A DNA stretch of 50,832 bases. It comes from an uncultured Bacilli bacterium. Its GTDB lineage: Bacteria; Bacillota_I; Bacilli_A; RF39; UBA660. Below the pieces are notes generated by a model that was not told where the DNA came from, ran no database searches, and saw nothing but the letters and a program-made list of their open reading frames with translations. Made by a program: the position numbers and the translations under genes. Below are positions 45,011-50,832 of the stretch, in pieces (position 1 is the first letter of the stretch; each line of letters begins with the position of its first letter). The stretch is from the NCBI GenBank assembly GCA_934086395.1, contig CAKOIE010000005.1:1-50832 (forward strand), written 5' to 3'.

Positions 45011-46054
45011 TCACCACTTAAAAATATTCTTAAAGAATCCAACCAAGCCTACTTTTTTATTAATATTGCCATCATCCTTAGAAAGTTCTTCATGTTTTAC
45101 TTTATTATCAAGTAAATAGTCAACTAATTTATCCAAAGCCTCATTAGAATCCAACCTCTCATTTAAATTAGGAATATTTCCTACAATCTTAAACTTAGTT
45201 TCATATTCTAAACTTTTTATTTCTTCATTTTTAATATTACTTCTATTTAAAACAACATTAGAATTCTTAAGCATCTCATAAGTTTCTTTATCACCCTTTA
45301 CAACTTTATTAATCTTTGTAGTTCCAGGTTCAATTAGATAAATAACCTTATTACATATTTCCTTAACATCAGACCCATTTAAATCAACTACATACACATC
45401 AATATCATTTAATGTTTTAACAATAGTTTCAAATTGAATTCTGGATTCACAAGAAATAATTCTATCATCTCTAAAAAACAAAGAATCATTATTTACCATT
45501 TCTATACCTTTAACTTTTTTACTCTTACCTATCTCTTTAACTAACATATACATTAAAGTAGTAGCACCTGAATGAGGAAAACCATTTTCAATACCTATAA
45601 TTAACTTATCAGTCTCAAACTTTTTATTTTTATCAATTCCCGAAACAATACTATCTATTTTAAGAAAATCATTTCCTTCCATATATTCTTTAACATCATC
45701 AATAGTATTATTTCTTTCTAAAAGTCTATTAACCGCACTATCAGTAGTAGCAAAATTATAATATCCTTTACTAATTAATTTACTTAAGAAATGCTTACTA
45801 TTAGCAACAAATCCATCATTAAGAAGTAAAATTACATCACTTGGACTTCTAAAAAATTCTAAAAATTTATATAAATAATTATCATCATAATAATTTCTAA
45901 TTGAAGTAATATCAACTATTGCCTTATCATAATTTATTAAAAATAATTCTCTATCTAAATCTTCCCTAGTAAAATCTCCAACTAATGTTTTTGATACATT
46001 AATTGTTAAGTTATTAATAATTCTACTATTTTCATTCTTAATAATTATATACAT
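45011..46054 (-). CDS. ParA/MinD/TadZ-like protein with degenerate Walker A, translationally coupled to essC
   Basis: 347 aa. The N-terminal region of about 130 aa is possibly receiver-like. The ParA-like core is LIIGIENGFPHSGATTLMYMLV...VYVVDLNG...VVLNRS...IVGNIP, with GFPHSGATT where KGGxGK(T/S)T is expected. ATG lies 8 nt after the essC stop. Confidence 0.5.
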   Translation of the reverse strand: MYIIIKNENSRIINNLTINVSKTLVGDFTREDLDRELFLINYDKAIVDITSIRNYYDDNYLYKFLEFFRSPSDVILLLNDGFVANSKHFLSKLISKGYYNFATTDSAVNRLLERNNTIDDVKEYMEGNDFLKIDSIVSGIDKNKKFETDKLIIGIENGFPHSGATTLMYMLVKEIGKSKKVKGIEMVNNDSLFFRDDRIISCESRIQFETIVKTLNDIDVYVVDLNGSDVKEICNKVIYLIEPGTTKINKVVKGDKETYEMLKNSNVVLNRSNIKNEEIKSLEYETKFKIVGNIPNLNERLDSNEALDKLVDYLLDNKVKHEELSKDDGNINKKVGLVGFFKNIFKW

Positions 46055-46062
46055 TAAAACAC

Positions 46063-49000
46063 CTACTTACTATTAATATCAAATTTTTCAACATATTTAA
46101 CATACTCTGCTTTACCTCTATTAACAACAAAACAGAAACTATTAGGAACCTCACCACGCATATAAGGTGTTCTTTGAACAACATTAATAGAAAATTGATC
46201 AGAAATTCCTGAACCAAGCCATATACCAAAATTCTTATTAGCATAACCTCTATACCAAGATTCCATTTCAATCTTTTTAATCTTATCTACAGAATCAACT
46301 AAAATGAAATTAACAATCCCTAAAGTACTAGCATTTTTAAATATTTCATCTAATAATTTCTTATTAGTAATACTAAGTTTACTTAAAAAAGCATCTATTC
46401 CAGTAATCATAAAATAAATTGGTTTTATATTTTTTAAAGCATTTTTATCAAAATCTGAAGTATTATAATTTTCAACTAATGTTTTTAAATATTCATTAAA
46501 TTTTTCTATAAAGGCATCAAAATCTCTATCAACATATTGATAATACTTTTTAATACCACTATTTAAATTATATTCATCTGCATTTAAAACTACTAGATTT
46601 CTATATTGTTTATAAATAATTTGATTAACAAAAGCATTTATAAAACTATCATATGTTGATAAATCTACTCCACTAATAACATTAATTAAATTTCTACCTA
46701 AATCATATTTTATATTAGCTAAATTATCCTTACTAATTCCTATAACTAATTCATCATCACGTTTTACATCTTTTATAATATTAGCTGTAGTAACCTCATC
46801 TGGTAAAACAGGTACAGCCTTAGCTTTATAAGTATTTTCTGCATTAAATGAAATAATTTTTTCTTTTATAAAATCACTCATATTCTCATCAGTTGCAACT
46901 GCTGTTTGAAATTCATATACATTATCAATCTTAATTAAACCTCTACCAAAATTCTTAGCTGGATAATTTTTTCTAACTCCATTAATAATATAGCTAAAAT
47001 CATCATCATTATTTTGATTAAGTGCATAAATAAGAGCAAAATTTTGTTTTAACTTATATTTAACCCCATTTGGAGTATTAACTGTTATTAGGAAATAAAT
47101 ACCATACTTATAACAATCACGAGTTATTGTGTTTAATACATCATCATACTTACTAAAAGTTTCAGAATAATTTTCAAAATTATTAATTATAACAACAATA
47201 TTTGGAACTTTAACATTACTATTTTGAATGAATTCTTTATAAGAACCACCATATTGAGAAAATAATCTCTTTCTTTCCGAAATAGTTCCATTAATCATTT
47301 TAAATAAATTTTCAACTTTATCAGTATCCGTTCCTTGTAATATATCTCCAACTATATTTGAATTTTTAAACATATTTAAGGCTCCAGATCCTAAGTCAAT
47401 AACATAAAAATTAACCTCATTTGATTTATAAAAATCCATAGCTGAATATATTAATGTTGAAATAAAGTTTTCTTTACCACTACCAGCAGCACCATATACA
47501 AGCGCATTACCATTTTTAGTAAGAGGTAAAGTAAGTAATCTTTGTTCCTGCATTGATGGAACATCATACTCACCAATAATTGGATTAAATACATAATCTT
47601 CTTTTTTAAATTTATATTTTTCTTTTAAATAATCAACTAAAATAATTGGTGGAATCTTAGCAAGCCATAATGGTTTACAAACTATATTTTGTTCCTCAGC
47701 TAAATCTGATAAATATTTAACCACATTTGCTAGCTCTTCCCCTAAAGATTTAGCAGTACTCTTAACAATCTTTTTAGTTTCAACCTTTTTAATTATATAT
47801 CCAATATTATTTAAGAAATCAACAGAAGTATCAATTTCCTTTTTTATTTCATCAGAAGGAACATAAGAGCCACCAGCATATGCTGCCTGTCCTAACGTAA
47901 ATACCTCATCATAACCAACTTGAAAATAAAATCTACCTGTTTGTTTTAATAAAGCAGCATCTGGTTTTTTTATAACTTCATTACTATCAGATTTATCCTG
48001 AACTCTTAAACAAACTCTAAATCTTGTATTACTCCAAATTTGAGGATCTACTACACCACTTGGTTTTTGAGTTGCTAAAATTAAATGAACTCCTAAAGAA
48101 CGCCCAATACGAGCGGTTGAAATAAGCTGATCCATAAACTCAGGTTGTTGATTTTTAAGTTCAGCAAACTCATCACAAATTATAAACAAATGCGAAACAG
48201 GTTCACTCAAAATACCTTCTCTATACATTTTTTGATATTTATATATATCAACCGTACTTTCACCACTTATTTCTCTTGCCTTATTGAACAAAGCTTGTCT
48301 TCTCTTTAATTCAGATTCAATAGATGCTAAACTTCTCTTAATCTCATTTGCATCTAAGTTAGTAATAGTACCAATTAAATGTGGTAATTTTACGCCATTA
48401 TTTTTATTTTCAAAAGCACCAGCAAGACCACCACCCTTATAGTCAATTAAAATAAATTGTACTTCATAAGGACTATAATTTAAAGCCATTGACAAGATAT
48501 ACGTAATAATAAACTCAGATTTACCTGAACCAGTCATACCAGCAATTAATCCATGTGGGCCATGATATTTTTCATGCAAATCAATAGTAATAAACTCCCC
48601 ATTTTTACCAATTCCAACCGGAGCAGATAAACTCATTACAGGATCATTTTTTATCCACCTTGCACCAGAATTTAAATGCTCAACCTTTCCAACCTCATAC
48701 ATTTCCAAAAAGCCAATTTTATTAGGAAGTTTTCCCTCAACATCATTTTTAATATCAATTGGAGTATTTGCTAAAACCTTAATACATTTTTCATAATCAA
48801 TAATAGTATTAAGTTCAACATTAAACCTAACAACACTATTTATATCTAAGTTATCCTTAACCTCTCCAATCTTATTATCATTAGTAATTAAACTTAAATC
48901 AATAAAAGAAGTACATTGATCCGGGAAATTAGTCATTTTCTTATCCATTATAAAAATACTAAAACCAACATATTTTTTATTATCTAAAATATCTTCAATT

Positions 49001-50694
49001 AAATCAATATCTCTAATTTTCTTAAAACTATCAGTAATAATCAAATAAACTTGATTAAACTCTGCTTTATCACTATTAATATCTTTTCTACTATCAAATA
49101 CTCGTTTTAAATAATAACATACCTCTTTATATTCTTCTGCAGATGCTGCAAAAAATCTAATACTTCTATCATCACTAAATAAATGAGGTGCATTCTTTAC
49201 AAAAGACCACTCACTTTCATGCTCTTCATCAGTTAAAATAATAATTTTTAAATCATCATAACTATGAAACGCTAATAATTGTATTAACATTCTTTTAACA
49301 TAATCATGTAAATAATTCATTCCAAAAACGCCGCTTATATAATGTTCTTTTAGTGAATAAGGAACTGGAACATTTTCTAAATTTTTAGGTTCCTGTCCAA
49401 GTCTTAGCACTAAACTTCTAAGATTATCCTCTTCCATTGTAAAATGTTCTTCAGGATAATTAATATTAATCTTCATTGGACAACTACCAATTCCTAAAGT
49501 TATAGATAAATAATCATCATCACTAATTCTTCTCTGCCACATTAAAGAACTTTTATTAATTATAACATCAGCAGATTGTTCACTTGAAAAATAATGCATT
49601 TTAAGCATAGAAGACTGTTCATTTTTAGCTTTACTAATTTCTTCTATTTTACTATCTATATATTTACTATATTTTTTTTGTCTCTTTTTTTCTTTAATTT
49701 TATTATCAATTTTTTGATAAAATTTAGTAAGTAATGGCCATATAAATATGCTAGCAAACATAGCTCCACAAACTATTAAAGATGGTGTTGCTTTTTCCAT
49801 TGTAGTAGTTCCATTAGTAACACCACTTAATGTATTATATCCCATCATTAATGATGACATAGACATAGTTATCATTGGACCAATTGTTAATAACAAAGGA
49901 CTTTCCTTTCCATCTTGCTTAGCTGGCGGATCATCAACTCTAATATTTAAAGTATCAAGTTTTGGAACAACTCTTGGTTTTTTATAAAAATAATCATTCT
50001 CATCGTATACATCATATAAATTATCACTATTATCTTCTGTATAATCACCAGCAATAGAATTAACAATTCCTAGTGGCATAGCACCTACACTAATATCATT
50101 ATTATCTACATTATTAACATATAAAACAATATTATTTAACCCAGCCGCACTAGAACTAACAATTATACGTAATCCATTAATAAAAATAATATCTCCTATC
50201 TTTACCTCTGAACTACTAAACACTCTTGAATTATTTAAATATACACCATAATTACTATTATTATTTATTAAAATTAATTTATCATTAATAGTTTTTAAAT
50301 AACAAGCAACATCATCTACATTTATAAATTTAATAAAATTATTATCAGATTTTCCAATACTAATTCCATTAGTTATATAGCTATTAATTTCATAACAATT
50401 ATACTTTTCAACAACAGGAGAACAATATATTATAAAAGTATCTTTATCTAATTCATTCTTAATTTGATAATAACTACCTATTTCTAAAAAAGCATACGGG
50501 TTCATAACATTATTTTCAACATAATATACATTATTATTACTAACTAATTTCCATTTATTATTTTCAGCTTCAACAAGAATTAAGTTTCTTTTATTACCAT
50601 TAATATCAAATGAATTAATCCAATATGATCCATTTGGTTCATCGGGTAAAATCACATTTTTAATATAGTTATTTTTTATAATATTTAACCGCAT
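46063..50694 (-). CDS. essC: Type VII secretion (T7SSb) FtsK/SpoIIIE-family ATPase EssC/YukB
   Basis: Start re-set to ATG 50694 (MRLNIIKNNYIKNVILPDEPNGSYWI), which has a GGAGGA RBS; 1543 aa. N-terminal FHA-like region, two TM helices, and P-loops GMTGSGKSE and GAAGSGKEN in successive FtsK-like domains. Confidence 0.9.
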   Translation of the reverse strand: MRLNIIKNNYIKNVILPDEPNGSYWINSFDINGNKRNLILVEAENNKWKLVSNNNVYYVENNVMNPYAFLEIGSYYQIKNELDKDTFIIYCSPVVEKYNCYEINSYITNGISIGKSDNNFIKFINVDDVACYLKTINDKLILINNNSNYGVYLNNSRVFSSSEVKIGDIIFINGLRIIVSSSAAGLNNIVLYVNNVDNNDISVGAMPLGIVNSIAGDYTEDNSDNLYDVYDENDYFYKKPRVVPKLDTLNIRVDDPPAKQDGKESPLLLTIGPMITMSMSSLMMGYNTLSGVTNGTTTMEKATPSLIVCGAMFASIFIWPLLTKFYQKIDNKIKEKKRQKKYSKYIDSKIEEISKAKNEQSSMLKMHYFSSEQSADVIINKSSLMWQRRISDDDYLSITLGIGSCPMKININYPEEHFTMEEDNLRSLVLRLGQEPKNLENVPVPYSLKEHYISGVFGMNYLHDYVKRMLIQLLAFHSYDDLKIIILTDEEHESEWSFVKNAPHLFSDDRSIRFFAASAEEYKEVCYYLKRVFDSRKDINSDKAEFNQVYLIITDSFKKIRDIDLIEDILDNKKYVGFSIFIMDKKMTNFPDQCTSFIDLSLITNDNKIGEVKDNLDINSVVRFNVELNTIIDYEKCIKVLANTPIDIKNDVEGKLPNKIGFLEMYEVGKVEHLNSGARWIKNDPVMSLSAPVGIGKNGEFITIDLHEKYHGPHGLIAGMTGSGKSEFIITYILSMALNYSPYEVQFILIDYKGGGLAGAFENKNNGVKLPHLIGTITNLDANEIKRSLASIESELKRRQALFNKAREISGESTVDIYKYQKMYREGILSEPVSHLFIICDEFAELKNQQPEFMDQLISTARIGRSLGVHLILATQKPSGVVDPQIWSNTRFRVCLRVQDKSDSNEVIKKPDAALLKQTGRFYFQVGYDEVFTLGQAAYAGGSYVPSDEIKKEIDTSVDFLNNIGYIIKKVETKKIVKSTAKSLGEELANVVKYLSDLAEEQNIVCKPLWLAKIPPIILVDYLKEKYKFKKEDYVFNPIIGEYDVPSMQEQRLLTLPLTKNGNALVYGAAGSGKENFISTLIYSAMDFYKSNEVNFYVIDLGSGALNMFKNSNIVGDILQGTDTDKVENLFKMINGTISERKRLFSQYGGSYKEFIQNSNVKVPNIVVIINNFENYSETFSKYDDVLNTITRDCYKYGIYFLITVNTPNGVKYKLKQNFALIYALNQNNDDDFSYIINGVRKNYPAKNFGRGLIKIDNVYEFQTAVATDENMSDFIKEKIISFNAENTYKAKAVPVLPDEVTTANIIKDVKRDDELVIGISKDNLANIKYDLGRNLINVISGVDLSTYDSFINAFVNQIIYKQYRNLVVLNADEYNLNSGIKKYYQYVDRDFDAFIEKFNEYLKTLVENYNTSDFDKNALKNIKPIYFMITGIDAFLSKLSITNKKLLDEIFKNASTLGIVNFILVDSVDKIKKIEMESWYRGYANKNFGIWLGSGISDQFSINVVQRTPYMRGEVPNSFCFVVNRGKAEYVKYVEKFDINSK

Positions 50695-50832
50695 AATGTA
50701 TCCTCCTATACTAATAAGATTATACAATAATTAACGATTTAAATAAAGAAAAATAGTCTATGTTAGACCATATTAGTTATTACTCCAATACTCCATATAT
50801 AAATATGGGGTATTTTTATAATCTCTGATAGT

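Overview
This is a very AT-rich segment that uses the standard genetic code: long ORFs end in TAA, TAG or TGA, and GGAGG-like RBSs precede most starts. The gene content points to a low-GC Gram-positive (Bacillota-like) chromosome: T7SSb EssC, an LCP protein, a LysM amidase, Tex and a TIGR01212-type radical SAM protein. All calls come from reading motifs by eye; no database search was possible. ORF-track coordinates include the stop codon and allow GTG/TTG starts, so several starts were re-set to RBS-supported ATGs.

Layout:
- 1-5.5 kb: a decayed accessory block next to tRNA-Gly(UCC). It holds two membrane-anchored XRE regulators, a frameshifted Abi_2 gene, a MATE pump, a GNAT gene with an in-frame stop, and a serine-recombinase stub.
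- 5.6-10.3 kb: housekeeping genes (tex, a membrane protein, a TIGR01212 rSAM).
- 10.3-16.2 kb: a six-gene overlapping operon that I cannot match to any described system, and the top candidate for something new. It encodes a B12-rSAM, a CoaE-like kinase fused to an rSAM/SPASM-like enzyme, a short BtaA/DUF3419-like protein, a repeat plus coiled-coil protein, a GshF/CphA-type ATP-grasp and a methyltransferase.
- 16.3-20.1 kb: an ABC-2 exporter coupled to an M13 peptidase.
- 20.5-21.8 kb: a heavily decayed AAA_14/DUF4143 ATPase pseudogene.
- 22.0-25.4 kb: a fused MacB-like ABC transporter preceded by an orphan promoter, a leader and a terminator.
- 25.5-35.2 kb: miscellaneous envelope genes (dNMP-kinase-like, SDR, CPBP protease, cadherin-like surface protein, holin-like pair, LCP, Amidase_3 with four LysM).
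- 35.4-36.2 kb: a VbhA/VbhT-like Fic toxin-antitoxin pair.
- 36.9-44.8 kb: a complete four-gene Wadjet (JetABCD, TIGR02677-02680-like) operon.
- 45.0-50.7 kb: essC with a tightly coupled ParA/TadZ-like protein that lacks the Walker A lysine.

I saw no rRNA, CRISPR array or intact transposase or integrase.
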